Shown: piece after piece, positions 33,769 through 46,398 of the stretch
Numbering within the stretch: the stretch's first letter is position 1
How the letters are laid out: every line of letters begins with the position of its first letter
From: Paramoeba atlantica
Taxonomy: Eukaryota > Protista > Discosea
Assembly: GCA_977017575.1 (NCBI GenBank)
Contig: CDRNVI010000023.1
Span: 186,001 to 250,000, forward strand
DNA: 64,000 nt
Direction of reading: 5' to 3'
Program-made: the position numbers and the translations under genes
The notes under the pieces: model-generated
What the model saw: the letters and a program-made list of their open reading frames with translations, nothing else
The model's database searches: none
What the model was told of the DNA's origin: nothing

Positions 33769-34350
33769 TTATCCTTTTTTCGATGCAGAATGACTTTTAA
33801 TGGGCTTCAACTTGTCCAAATTTCCACGAATAAAAATGCGATGGGCAATAACATGAGGGAGAGGACTGTATTGGTGGGGACTGTACATGTAAGCTAAAAT
33901 GGACAGCCACGAATCACATTTTTTTACCATTGGAGGAGCCCAGACATAGTGGCGGGCAGCAAAAGCAATCGATGGAAAAAGTTTATTGCCAAGAGTACAC
34001 CAGTAGACGTATTCATTGTGACGCAAGACGGGATCCCCTTCAAAGTTCGTACAGGAAACGTATTCTTTCCAGTCCATCTCAGTAGTGGAAAATAGAGGAG
34101 CATGTTGGTTCGCAAAACCTAAGTCTCGATCAAAGAGGTTATTGGCACGCTCGACAGAAATGCAAGGCAAATTGTATGGTTGACAGAATTCAGCGAAAAA
34201 TACGGGATCAAACCATACTGTATCTTTCCAAAAATCCGTGTTATGATTTTTCGATAGCCGAGTCGTGTGATGTTTCAAGGAATCCTAAAGTCCTTCCGGG
34301 CCAGATCCATCTTCTGTGTCTTCATACAATTGCTCCAGAGTCTCAGTGAC
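33769..34350 (-). pseudogene. hAT transposase C-terminal (dimerisation domain) fragment
   Basis: VWFDPVF, then YWCTLGNKLFPSIAFAARHYVWAPP...IAHRIFIRGN, fits the hAT dimerisation pattern W...FPxLAxxARxYL...FIRxN. Confidence 0.7.
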
Positions 34351-34405
34351 ATGCGTTAAATAGTAGTCTCAACAAAATTTAGTTTTCTCAACAAACTAAT
34401 TCAAA

Positions 34406-35524
34406 TGACTGAAGGACAACAAACTGAAGGACCTTCCCAGGCAGTGCGCCCTGCCACTTCTACGGCTGTGCGGAAGCCCACGATGGAACTACATCGTGAG
34501 GACTCACAAGCCTCCGGTTACCAAAGTAGCCAACGCACAGGTCGACAAGGCCGTGATAGCATGTGCCGAAGCCTCTCTCGGAGGGATGGGCCCCTCGGGA
34601 AAGACGCCGTTCGCAAATGATCTTTTTACGGCAGATTTCCTGGGGACCATCCCTTTCGAGCATAAGGCCAAGGGCATGTAGGCCAAGGCTAAAAGTGTCC
34701 TGCAAGGCTTATCTCAAGGCCAGTCGACTAAAGATCAGCGCCGCTACCTTTGCGAGGCGGCCCTCGGGAAAGCCCCGTCCACCACGCAACTGGTCTGTAT
34801 GCGACAGATTCAGAACGTTCATTCCACTAAGTGGATGAATGCGTGGCCCAACCGGCCGGAGTATTACATGCGGGACCCGCAGTGGGAGACTGCGGCCCGT
34901 CTCCGGTACTTGGTCGCCCCCACCTCGGAGCCTGAGCTCCAGTGCGTGTGCGGTGCAACCCTCCGCAACGAGGAGTTTTGCGTACACGCACTGGATTGCA
35001 AAAAGGTTAAGGGGAAGACCCAGGCCTCCCGTCACAAGGAGGTCAAGGAGGCCTTACACTACGGGTTTAAACCGGACCTGTGCGAACCTCGGTTCGACAA
35101 TTGCCGAGGCCCGGACATCTGCTCCCAGTTGGGCAGGAAGCTCGCCCTCGTGGATGTCACCGTCGTAGATCTCTTGGCCTCCTCTTACGTGGACAAGGAG
35201 GCTGCGACACCATCCCACACCCTCAGGCTTGCTGAGGTCAACAAGCGCCGGTCTCATGAGGAGATGACCGCCGTCAGGGGTGATATCCCTTGGCATTCAC
35301 CACCTATGGGGTCCCCGGCCCGGACACCCTAAATTTCCTTAACAAGGTGGCCAGGGCCCACACATCTGACAAGAACGGATGCCTTTCCCACATCCTTATG
35401 ACCATAGGGGTGGCCATACAGAAAGGCAACGCCCAGATCGTTCAGGCGGCGCTACAAGATTGGTACCGTCGCGGTGTTACGGGGTAGGCTTCCGGTGGGC
35501 CTAGGGGGTTCACACCAAAAAAAA
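34406..35524 (+). mobile_element. 5'-truncated CRE-clade non-LTR retrotransposon (post-RT, zinc knuckle, RLE, short A-tail)
   Basis: KWMNAWP...ETAARLRY, CVCG...HALDC, SRHKEVK, GPDI, LVDVTVV, IGVAIQKGNAQIV; frameshifted; A-run at 35517-35524. Confidence 0.85.
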
Positions 35525-35947
35525 GTATATTATACTTGCTCACGGGGGTAGAGTTCCAGACCGATGGGCTGCGGCGTCGTTTCCCCTCGTCTCCGCGTCG
35601 GTCCCGCCATGTCTCTCTTGCCGCTTTTCCCCTTTGGCGCGACGGCGTCTTTGCGCTTCGTCTCCTCCATGTCTCCCACCCTCGTACAGCAACACAAACC
35701 ATCTGATACTGCTAACGGGGTGGGAGCGGAGGTTCTGGACCACATGGGCCCCCGCGCGGACGAGTCGGTCAGTGGGGTGGGGCGTAAGTGGGGGAAGGGA
35801 AGTGAGTGTGGTCAGGGGCAGGAAGTGGGGGAAGGAAGGAAGTAGTGTGAAGGATTGTAAGTGTGGAGAGTGGGAAAGTTGGAAAAATAGATAAAAAAAT
35901 AGTATTTCAACAGCTCTAAAACAATTCTTTTTTTAATTGCAGCCACA

Positions 35948-36916
35948 ATGTTCAATCTGATACTGGTTTGTTTTATTTTTGCAGTAGACGATTCTCCGCA
36001 GCCACCTCCGCAAAAGCGACGAAAATTCGGTAGTAAAGTTAGCCCGGTTACAATGTCCGAAACTGACATGATGCGTCGGCTCGTCCAATATGTCGAGGGC
36101 CAGCCTCCAACATGGAAAAAGCGACCTTGCGCATGTTCTTGGAAAGGAGTGAAGTGTAACGGTGAGTCTCAAGTCACACACCTTCAGTGGAAGCGTTTGG
36201 GTCTCTCTGGAAATCTCACATGGCAATTTCTGCCTCCACATGTAGTAGAGGTTAACGTACAACGTGATATGTATAAGAATCCAACAGAACTGGAAGGGGC
36301 ATTATCCTCCACCGATTTGACCGCCCTAATGGAGTACTTTAATGTTGAAGAGCATCACCATCACGGAGTATTCGGATTCACAACACTTCCAGCACCGATG
36401 AAAACCCTCATTCTATCAAACAACCAATTCGAAGGCCCCGTCGATCTCACTCAGCTGTCCCCTAATATTGAACAAATTCGTGCTGACCGCAATTTATTTG
36501 ATGGCACGATAGACCTTTCTGCATTGCCTGCAAGAATGTCTCAGCTTTCGTTAAGTTTTAATCAATTAAGTGGTACGCTTGATCTTGTACACCTTCCGTG
36601 TACAATGCACAGGCTTTACCTCGGACACAACAAGTTTGAAGGGAAACTGGATGTCTCTTCACTTCCCTCAAGGCTAAGAAGTCTTGACGTTTCGAATAAT
36701 GAACTCGAGGGAGATGTGGATTTTACAGCATCAGGTTTAAACGAAAAATACATTCACCTGGATGGCAACGCTATTGAGGCTGTGATCTACGAAAAATGGG
36801 CTTCCAGAAGCCGTCATGAAATGGACAATTCCGTAGCCAGATATACCCCAGAAAGCTACGCACTCAAAAAGACGAAAATTTCACATAAATCCGAAAGCGA
36901 TGGACAGTTAACGTGA
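35948..36916 (+). CDS. LRR protein, paralog 2
   Basis: 322 aa; colinear with 28516-29484. Confidence 0.92.
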   Translation: MFNLILVCFIFAVDDSPQPPPQKRRKFGSKVSPVTMSETDMMRRLVQYVEGQPPTWKKRPCACSWKGVKCNGESQVTHLQWKRLGLSGNLTWQFLPPHVVEVNVQRDMYKNPTELEGALSSTDLTALMEYFNVEEHHHHGVFGFTTLPAPMKTLILSNNQFEGPVDLTQLSPNIEQIRADRNLFDGTIDLSALPARMSQLSLSFNQLSGTLDLVHLPCTMHRLYLGHNKFEGKLDVSSLPSRLRSLDVSNNELEGDVDFTASGLNEKYIHLDGNAIEAVIYEKWASRSRHEMDNSVARYTPESYALKKTKISHKSESDGQLT

Positions 36917-37599
36917 CTACGTTTCTCGTAGTAGACTTTCAGCCCTCTTATAAATATTTGTAAAGTATTTATTCAGGGTTCACAGAAACTATAAAACTAT
37001 CAATATAGTTACTATATTGATGACAGTACTATTAGTACTGTAAACTTGTGATATTACTAATATTACTAATAATTCATCAATTGAAATTTTTAAATGTGAC
37101 GGCAAACTTTAGTCAGTTTATATCTTCTATTAGGATTTATTTATCTATCTGCTTTCAAAGTTTATAGTGTTACTATAAGCTTTTTTTAAAAACTATAAAA
37201 ACTACATTTTTTTTATTTCGCTTTTTAAGCACTTTTAAGCTCACCAGCACGCCATAAATACACAGAAAATTCATTTTTGTACGATTTTTCTTATTTTTAA
37301 ACCCGAAAATTGATGCCCAAAATAAAAGTTACGAGGGGTAATTTCTGCAAAGATTATTTTATTGAAGTGTCGCGCACGGATGGAAGTAAACAAGCAGTTC
37401 AATGAAACTTATGTCAGGCGGTTCAAAGAAACTTGTGTCCGACTTTGGGCAAAAGGCCCTAATCAAGGGAGGGGGACATGAAAAATAATATGAAAGAAAA
37501 AAGCGCCTTTTTTTATCGTTGTTAAACAAGGTCCTGCTCCCTTTTGATACACTTTTTGTTGCTGGGGTAGACACGAAAAATCCGCCCCTTCGCGGCGGA

Positions 37600-37704
37600 T
37601 TCGACAAACTTTTTGACCTTACCTGAAATCTATTTTGGCCTGCCAGACAAAATGGTCCTATTAAAGGGGGGGTCGCACGTAGCCCTATTAAATATGGGGG
37701 ATAG
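37600..37704. mobile_element. Orphan terminus of the pogo-like family at 1307-4294
   Basis: CCTATTAAAGGGGGGGTCGCACGTAGCCCTATTAAATATGGGGGATAG-TA matches 4248-4296. Confidence 0.7.
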
Positions 37705-38339
37705 TAATTCCTTTGAGATCCTTTAATAAAGACACGGGTCTGAAAATCTACAAAATTTATAATTATAGTACTATACAGTACTATAATTTTTCAAATACTA
37801 TACATAAAAATCTATAATTTTTTGAAGGATTTTTGACGGGTTTGGTTGATTTTTTCCCTCAAAAGAGAGTCCTTGTAACTTCTTTTCTTCCTTTGGCGGA
37901 AGAAGCACAATCAAAAAAACTGCAAAATATGTTTTCTACCGCGAAACATAAGAAACTTGACTAAGCCTGTCATAAACTGACTTTGTACTTGGTGCCGTTC
38001 GTGCTAAAAGAGAGCATCAAAACGTTTTTGAGCACTTTTTCCTGTTATAGATTTTTATAGATTTATAATACTATACAGGGGGGGTACTATATACTATATA
38101 CTATAGTACTATAATTTTTTTTTCAAATACTATAAATACATGTATATAATAACTACTATATACAGTAACTAACAAAAGTGTTCAAATGCTTTCATAAATT
38201 TTAATGTTTTTATATTTTACAAAAGAGATGCAGAGGATAATGCAGTAGTATATTATAGTAGTGTAGGCTGGAGTAGTGCTTACATTCCCACGTACTTAGA
38301 CTTCATCAACGATCTTACTATAAAAAACTATGAAAGATA

Positions 38340-39101
38340 CAGGGGCGGTTGTTGATCTTTCCCCCTCCTGGGAATTTTTAATTTTTTTATCCGTTTTTGC
38401 TCATCTTTGCAGCACTGAAGAGATCTCGTTCCCCTAGCGAAGCGCTTTACCGCCTTTTTTTCATAGAGACCCCCTGATGCCCTGTCGGCGACTCGAAAGT
38501 TGACAAAAATCGGAAATTTTGGATTTTTAATCATATTCAGAAAAAATGACTTCAAAAAAAAATGTTTGTCCTAGAAGAAAACCACAACGAATCAATATCC
38601 AGAAGGTCCTCCATTGTTTTGCAGTACTTTTCGAAGCCTATTGGGAACCGAATCAATGGAGTTTAACACTTTTTGTTTCTGTGCGATATTAGGGGGTATT
38701 TTTGCCTATTAGCTTTCCACCCTTCTACATATTCACTACTTGTAGGGTTAGTCGGTCTTGTATTCGTGTTGTTGAGGTTTGAAAAATTCTATTAAGCAGC
38801 TATTGATGTTTCTACAGAAATATCGCTTGAGCATAAAGAAATTAGAAGACTATTTAAGCTTACACATATTCAAATAAACCACAAAAACATGAAAGTATGG
38901 GGAAAAAATGGTTGTGTGCACAAAACATTCCCCAGAAAACTGTGTTTTTTCGACCCAGGGGGCATCAGGGGGTCTCTATGAAAAAAAGGCGGCAAAGCGC
39001 TTCGCTAGGGGAATGAGATCTCTTCAATGCTGCAAAGATAAGCGAAAACGGATAAAAAAATTAAAATTTCCCAGAGGGGGCAAGATCAACAACCGCCCCT
39101 G
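38340..39101. mobile_element. MITE with ~150 bp TIRs inserted at a TA in the Tc1 end
   Basis: CAGGGGCGGTTGTTGATCTT / AAGATCAACAACCGCCCCTG; the empty site AAGATATAATG is seen at ~41777. Confidence 0.9.
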
Positions 39102-39235
39102 TATAATGCGAGCCCAACACTTGAACACTTTTTTCACTTTTTTGAGATTATTTTTTTTTGACCAGAACTTGGTCTTACTTCACCCTTACCAAACCAAAAT
39201 GACTAAAACTTAATACTTCGCCCTAATTACTGCCC

Positions 39236-40402
39236 TTAAACGACGGGGCATGCTGCGGACAAGAGGAAGAGATGCACAAGAGGAAGGTCTGCCCACGCTT
39301 TTTGGGCGCGTTCCCAAAGTTCCAACATTCCTACGGGAGGATCTGGGTGATCCGCAGTTGACTTTTTGAGCTCGTCCCACAGGTGCTCTATGGGATTTAA
39401 ATCGGGAAACTGCGGGGGCCAGTCTAGGACACACAATTCTTCCAAACGAAGGAATTCCCGAGCCTTCTTAGTCGTGTGCTTTGGATCATTTTCTTGTTGG
39501 AAGATGATCCGGTCCTTCATGACATCCAACTTGTGGAGGAAAGGAGGCAAATACTGTTGAAGTATTTGAACATATTGTTCAGCATTCATGTTGCCATGAA
39601 CCAGAGCAATGGAGCCCACGCCGTGAGCCATCATACACCCCCATATCATGATGGATCCTCCACCGTACTTCACAGTGCCGTGGGTATTGCGCTCTGAAAG
39701 TGCTTCCCCAAAGCTCACCCACGCCCACCGGCTGCCATTCGACTCAAAACGGTAGATCTTACTTTCATCGGTAAAGAGCACACGGCTCCAGTCGGCGTGC
39801 GTCCAATGCTCGTACTTCTTTGCAAAAGCAAGACGTAGAGCTTTGTGACGCTTCGTGAGGTGGGGCTTCCGTAATTTCTTCTTCCCCTTCAAACCACGCT
39901 TCCGAAGGGAAACCCGAATGGTTTGAGGTGAAACATCTGCAACCCCCTCATCTCTTAACCGTTTACTAGTAGCGACTGCATCCTTAGTTGCACCGCTGGT
40001 GATTAGGCGGCGGACGCGATTGGAAAATGTCTCGGTAAGCTTGCGAGGGCGACCTGTTTTTTGTTTGTTAACTAAGTTGGGAAGATATTTTTTCTTAATG
40101 TTACTTACATTTCCTACGCTTAATTGTAGATCTGACGATATCTTCCGAACTGATAATCCGTTCATTAGTTTTTCTATAACAAGCCTATGTAGATCACTGG
40201 GTGTACTGCGCATAAAAAGTATAGCAAACGGAGTAAGATTTTCTTTGTTTACTTTGCGTTTCATTGCACTCCGCAGCCCTTTTTTCTTGCCCATTTTTTC
40301 TTTTCTTTCTAGGTTCGTAAGAAAATAGTCAGAAAATTTTAGTAACTTATGCAGTAACTTATGTATATGAATGCACCTTATTCCCATATACCGTATTATC
40401 AT
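39236..40402 (-). pseudogene. Tc1/IS630 transposase, nearly intact but second catalytic Asp appears as Glu
   Basis: HTH, KTGRPRKL, VLFTDESK, IFQQENDPKH (related copy at ~42190 reads QQDNDPKH), PDLNPIEHLW; C-terminal frameshift. Confidence 0.9.
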
Positions 40403-41607
40403 GCCGTATACTGATACCCTCTACTTATCAGACTTCATGCAACAGATCCAATGGAGCTGGAGGTTCTATGATATCTGGGCGTAATATTCCTACAATGCGC
40501 AACTCGCATATGAAATAGGGTACATTCCCTCCTAAATACAACACAACATAAATAGTCTTCTTCAATACAGCACAACAGAATCTCATGTTCCTCGCGTGTT
40601 CCTTTCTCATGTTCCTTTCACTCATTTTTTTTCTCGGCGATCACAGTGCCAGGCAAGCCAAGGTGTGTATACTACGCCCGAGACAATGGGGAGTTGCTAT
40701 GTCCCTGGGTAGAAGGTCGTCCAGGGATTAGCAACACCCTCATTATAACGGACTTCATAAGCACTTTGAACCGGGACCAAGCCCAGTATGCCTGGCAAGC
40801 CATGGCCTGGAATACGTATTCTTCTCCTTCCTTTTCTTCCTTCCTCTTCTTCTACGCGATACCGTGCGCAGGAACACTTCAACCGAAGTCAACTTCGGAC
40901 GTCATACCAGTATATCCACAGTCACCTGTCGCGTGTTACACACACTAGCATCCCACTACATCGATCGTGGCGAATGCGCCACAAACATGCACAGCAAATA
41001 ATTTTTTCCAGGACTGCTGTACCTTCGACGGCGAACTTGATGAAAACAGCGAGGCGATCACCCTTTGAAAACCCAAACATCGGGAAATCCATGGTGTGTG
41101 CCACTCATTTTCTTCCTCTTCTCCCTTCATCAAAAAAATTCTCACTTAGCGACCTCACTACACAATAGTAGCCACAAATAATTGGATCGTAGTGTCCGGA
41201 ACTCAGCACAGGCTAAAGGACCACACTACACAAATCGTAGTGCGAACACAGTCACAAAAAGTCTCAGATCATAAAATCCGGAGCACAAAACAAGTCCGAA
41301 GGACCTAACTACTTCGATCGTAGGGGACATAGAGCCATACAAGGCCTCGGATCATAATGTCCGGAATACAGCTCCGTCCCAAAATTTTGAAACCGTTCTA
41401 TAGAGAGCACCGTGACTTTGTTTTTAGTTCTGTAAAAAGCTAAGTTTATGGGAATACCACAAGAGGACCGGAAAACTAGTTTAAATTGACGTACGTTAAC
41501 GTTTGAAAAAATCTTTTTTTTGCTGAACTAAATTTGTTTGACATACGCTTTTTACAAAACTTGATTAACAAATACTCTTTTTTTATACGATGTCCATGTC
41601 ACACATA

Positions 41608-44600
41608 CAGTAACTAAAAAAAGTGTTCAAATGTTTCAACAATTTTTAGTGTTTTTATTTTTTACAAAAGGGAATCAGGGGATAACGCAGTAGTATATAA
41701 TAGTAGTGTAGGCTCGAGTAGTGCTTGTATTCCCATGTACTTGAACTTCATCAATGACCTTACAATAAAAAATCAAGAAAGATATAATGTCAGTCCAACA
41801 CTTGAATACTTTTTTCACTTTTTTGGGGACAACATTTTTCATATAAAAACTTTCTCTTACTTCCTCCTTATCAGTCCAAAATGCCGTAAACTTAGTACTT
41901 TGTAAGCCCCCCCTTCGCCTTAATCACTGCCCTCAACCGGCGAGGCATGCTCTGAACAAGAGGAAGGCATCCACTCGGAGGAACATTCGCCTACGCTTTT
42001 TGGACGCGTTCCCACAATTCCAGCATTCCTGTTGGAGGGTCTGGATGGTCCGCTGTCCCCTTTTTCAACTCAACCCATAGGTTTTCTATGGGATTTAAGT
42101 CTGGAGACTGAGGGGGCCAGTCAAGCATACACAGCCTTTGCGAATTTAGGAAATCACGAGCCATCTTACTCGTGTGCTTCGGATCGTTGTCTTGTTGAAA
42201 GATGATAGTATCCTTCGCGACACTCAGCTTCTGAAGAGAAGGGGGTAAATTCTGTAGCAGAATTTGAACATACTGTTCAGCGTTCATGTTACCATGAACT
42301 AACTCAACAGAGCCCACACCATGGGCCATCATGCAACCCCATATCATGATGGACCCCCCTCCATATTTGACGGTGCTTTGTGTGTTTCTCTCTGACAGCG
42401 CCTCCCCAAAACTCACCCAGACCCACCGGCTGCCATTGGATTCAAATCGGCAGATCTTTGCTTCGTCCGTAAAAAGGACACGACCCCAGTCATACTTTCG
42501 AGACCGCAAAGTGCATTCGACTGCGTGGGGAAGCACCGTTTCGTTCTCACTTTGTTGTTCACAATGAAATTGGTGAGATTTTGGCTGCCGTATACACTCG
42601 AAATGAAAGTTTTGACACTTTGCACAATGTTCTTTCAAACATAGCATCACGTCCAGGAAGCAAAGCAATGGTTATATATGTTGACAACTGTTGCACAGTA
42701 CGTTCTAAAATAAGAATATGGTGTATCGTTCCAGCCGAGGAACCAACATTTGTGAAAGTTTTCATTCTCGTTTAAAAGCTAAAGTGAAGCTTCGCGCGCG
42801 TAGCTCAGCAGAAACTGTAGACGCGCTGACAAGGAGCTTTATTTATCGAAGTAATGTGAAATGTGCTGTGAGCTTCAAATCAGCGCCGGATATGATGTGT
42901 TTCGACGCTCTGTTGTTTCGAACTTTGAAAGAAACCTTCTCTTCTCTCTTCCTGGGGGCGGACGATGCAAGATTATGTAATAGTCCTTTTGCACTTCTCC
43001 CTGTGGCGAAACAACTAACGACTCATGAACCTCCTTGTCTGATAATCAGCTGAGTAACGTTCGCAGCTGGGCGCAAAATAAGTTTGGTTGCGAGCCCGTG
43101 TTTCTTGGTAAAGACGATGTGGAATTTAACTTCGCACTTTCTGCTACACCAACTAAGCACGAGGAAAAGGTGCGTTTCCTAGGTGGAGAGTGCACCGCAG
43201 CGTCAATGATGAGCGCACTTGAATACATGTGTGCGGGAGATCCCAGTATTCTGCGGTGCGATACATCGCGGGTGGACAAAGATACGACGTTCGAACGAGT
43301 TCTTGAACACTTGAGCAAGCCCGAGAACGACGTCCAGGAAGTTATAACCAAGGTTTCGCACGGGCAATTATTTCTTCCCCTAGTTCGCTCTCTTGCCAAT
43401 GTCATTTCAAGCACTGTACTCGTTCTACACGAGCTTTCACACGTACCATATCTAGTGGTTCCTTTTGATATCACCAACTCCGCAGAGGCACAGAATATGC
43501 GGTGTTTGCGTACTTGATATCCCTGGTGCAGGAATATTTAAAACTTTTGATACAGATTTTGATGTAGGTTTGGGGGCGCACGAGGATATCATAATGGTTG
43601 ACGACTTACCTGTACAACATTTTACCGCGACAGGAAATAGCAACGCATGTCACCTGGCAACACATTTATATGCTCCAAGAATTGATCCTCGCCAAAGAAA
43701 CGTGATCGTGAAATTCAATCCCCTTGAAGTGCGCTTGCTCCTGCAATGTGTCATCGATGAAGTGCGCGACAAATCTTCGAGGCACATACCTTGGCCGAAA
43801 GTTTTATCAAGATTCAGCTCCGTGGTCAAAGAAAATGAGGACCAGTATAGATTTCCTCGAGATTTTAATCAGTTACGGGTTGCGTATCAGAACAGACTTT
43901 GCTACAAGGAATGCGCGGAGGACGTGAAGTCGCATGATGAGATAATGGGCGAGCTTCGCGCAAAAGAGGATGCTAGAAAAAAGAGAGGACGCAAATGTCC
44001 AAATAGAGATTCGCGAATAGAAGTAGACGGCTTTGAGAATGCGGAAAATGTTCCTCTGTAACCCGTTGAGGCAAAGGAGAATTCGCTTTTTAAGAAATAT
44101 TTCGTAAAAACAGTAGTTAAAGGAATACGTAAAGGATAAATTAAAGATTAGGTTCCTAATTTTGTCTTCATAGGTTAAAAAATACGCACGACTCTGCACC
44201 TTCATCAACGCTACACCTCCTCCCTGGCTGATCTCCCCCCCCCCTGACTTTTCCCTCTTTTTCGGTTTTTGACGTTAAGTCAAAGGGTTGAATTTCCTCT
44301 CTTTGACTTATACCCCATTTTCAGTTTTATGCATAAAAAACGTAAAGTTAGTCACTACTCAGTAAAGTTGGTACTTGCTAAAAAACTTAATATAACATGT
44401 CCTTCCTTTAAGTGCAATCGCAAAAATCATGAATGTCTTCAAAAATTATTAGTAGCACGTCGTTGTCGTTCACCTTTCTGTTGCAATTCCAACTTTATGT
44501 TGCACTTCTCGGCTAAAGAGCATACCGATTGAGATTTCTTCTCCACCTTTCCCACCAGAAAACTCCTCTTGCGCTTTTATGCTTTCACCCATTCCCGTCG

Positions 44601-44871
44601 GTGAACCACGTTTTCCTACTGACCTTCCACCTATCTTCATCCTTCACTTTCATGACCTTCAATCTATGAAATAATGGATTTTTGCTACACCCCACCGAAC
44701 TCAATACATAAATCAATATACTTGAACTGTAACCTCTTCTGCCGGCGGAAGTGCCCACTACTCGAGCCTACACTACTATTATATACTACTGCGTTATCCC
44801 CTGATTCCCTTTTGTAAAAAATTAAAACACTAAAAATTGTTGAAACATTTGAACACTTTTTTTAGTTACTG
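41608..44871 (-). mobile_element. Tc1-like element with ~115 bp TIRs, 3' transposase half (41892-42505) and unrelated internal cargo
   Basis: Near-perfect TIRs with TA TSD; VLFTDEAK, QQDNDPKH, SPDLNPIENLW. Confidence 0.9.
42581..44061 (+). pseudogene. Fragmented putative DDE transposase (YVDNCC / RGTNxxExFH type, Mutator-like?) + OTU-like protease + Myb/SANT-like domain
   Basis: IYVDNCC, RGTNICESFHSRLK, LGGECTAASMMSAL, LANVISSTVLVLH, VQHFTAT, FNPLEVRLLL...IPWPKV...RDFNQLRVAYQN; three frameshifts. Confidence 0.5.
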
Positions 44872-44903
44872 TATCTCCCAGGGCGCATGGGAGCTCTGAT
44901 AGC

Positions 44904-46332
44904 ATGAGCTCAGGTTACACGAGCTCGGAGTACACGAGTTCGGAGGCAACTTCGGAGAGCAATTCCAAAAATTCAACAGTTTGCCAATCAGGCTCTTCTG
45001 ACGTTTCATCATTGTCTTCGCACTCACCGGCGTACGCAAGCTCTGATTCAGAGGATGATCCGAACTGGGATCCAGAAGATGAGTCAACAGACTCAGAAAT
45101 ATCGGACTCTGAGTCTGATTTTTTTGAAGAAGAGACTCTTTTCAAAATAAATCAAGAAATACAGGGGTCTGTCCAAGATGATAATCATCTTTATCCAGTT
45201 CCTCCGAATTTCGTGGAACCTGAAAAATGCTTTGACATCCGGCTTATCAAAGCAGCAGAAGACCTATGCCAAATGTTTCGACCTCAGTCCTCTAATCCAC
45301 GAACTTCTCACCCTCATCCCTCTGATGATCCACCTATTGACCTTCAGCTCCCTGATGCTCCATCTATTGACCCTCAGCCCTCTGATGTTCCATCTATTGA
45401 CCCTCCGACCGAAATACGATGAGCTTAAAAAGAAACATAACTCTGTTTTGAAGGATCAGCATTCCCTTCTGACCGCGATGGCTGTTCTTAGAACACGGTT
45501 AGCCTCTCAAATCTCGGGCCAGAACTCTAAGCGGAAACGCGGCCGACCTATGAAGCGCAAAACGACGCACCTGAATGGACTTCCGGTTATATGGAAAAGA
45601 AGGGGAAGCTTATCCGAAACGGGAGTCGTCACTTTGAAAGTTTTGCACAGCACAAGACTTTTTACCCAGGGACAGTTGTGTCATATGCTTACTCTCAATA
45701 AAGCGACTTGCCATCGTTTGCTGACGACTCATTCTTCAGCTGATGGTAGAATCGAAAAAGTGAAAGAAACCGCTAATACGCTACTGGAATGGGAACACTT
45801 TGAGAGTGCCAGAGTCTTGCTGCCCCAGATAATGGCGGCCAATCCTGTCCATCGCACTTTGAACAGACTGATGTGTGCAATGGCCGAAGCATCCGGACAC
45901 CAATTTGTTATCTCGCGGCATCGCATGCGTGCTCTGCTTACATATTATGATTACAAGTTTAGGTCCAAAATTAGTACGCTTCATCTTTCTGCCGAGAAAA
46001 GGGAGGCCCGTGTGAATTTCTGTCGCGCACTGCTTAAAGAAGATGAAGTGACAGGGGGCACCTTTTTGAAAAATTTGTGCTTTAGTGACGAGGTGTACAT
46101 TCATGCGGGTGATTTGTCACGCTCAGCGTGGCAATCTCCAACAGATCCTGTTGCAAGGAGTCGAACCCATCATCCCACGAAAGTCCTTCTCTGGGGTGCA
46201 ATTGATTCCAATGGGGAAATCCTATTTCGATGGTGCGATGATTTTGAACACTTTTATCGCCATGACACTTGTCAAAATCAAAAAGGGTCTCAAAAAGGGA
46301 AAGGGCTCGGCAGCATGTATTATAGAAGATGA
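44904..46332 (+). pseudogene. Tc1/IS630-like transposase with long acidic N-terminus, truncated after the first catalytic Asp
   Basis: Ser/Asp/Glu-rich ORF joined by a frameshift (~45410) to KRKRGRP, LSAEKREARVNFC, LCFSDEVYI, KVLLWGAI. Confidence 0.65.
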
Positions 46333-46398
46333 TTCTTCGGGATCATTGGATTCCATATGCCAGGAAACTTTCAAAATTGCCAGAATGGGGTTGTACAA

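Larger units (their letters stand above)
38163..40402 (-). mobile_element. Tc1-like element (one TIR seen) with nested MITE
   Basis: TA-CAGTAACTAACAAAAGTGTTCAAATG TIR shared with 41608 and 44871. Confidence 0.75.

Noticed and set aside
36960-38160. TACTATA/CTATAAAA-rich stretches as telomeric or centromeric repeats
   Set aside because: Irregular low-complexity AT-rich DNA with no regular unit and no TTAGGG.
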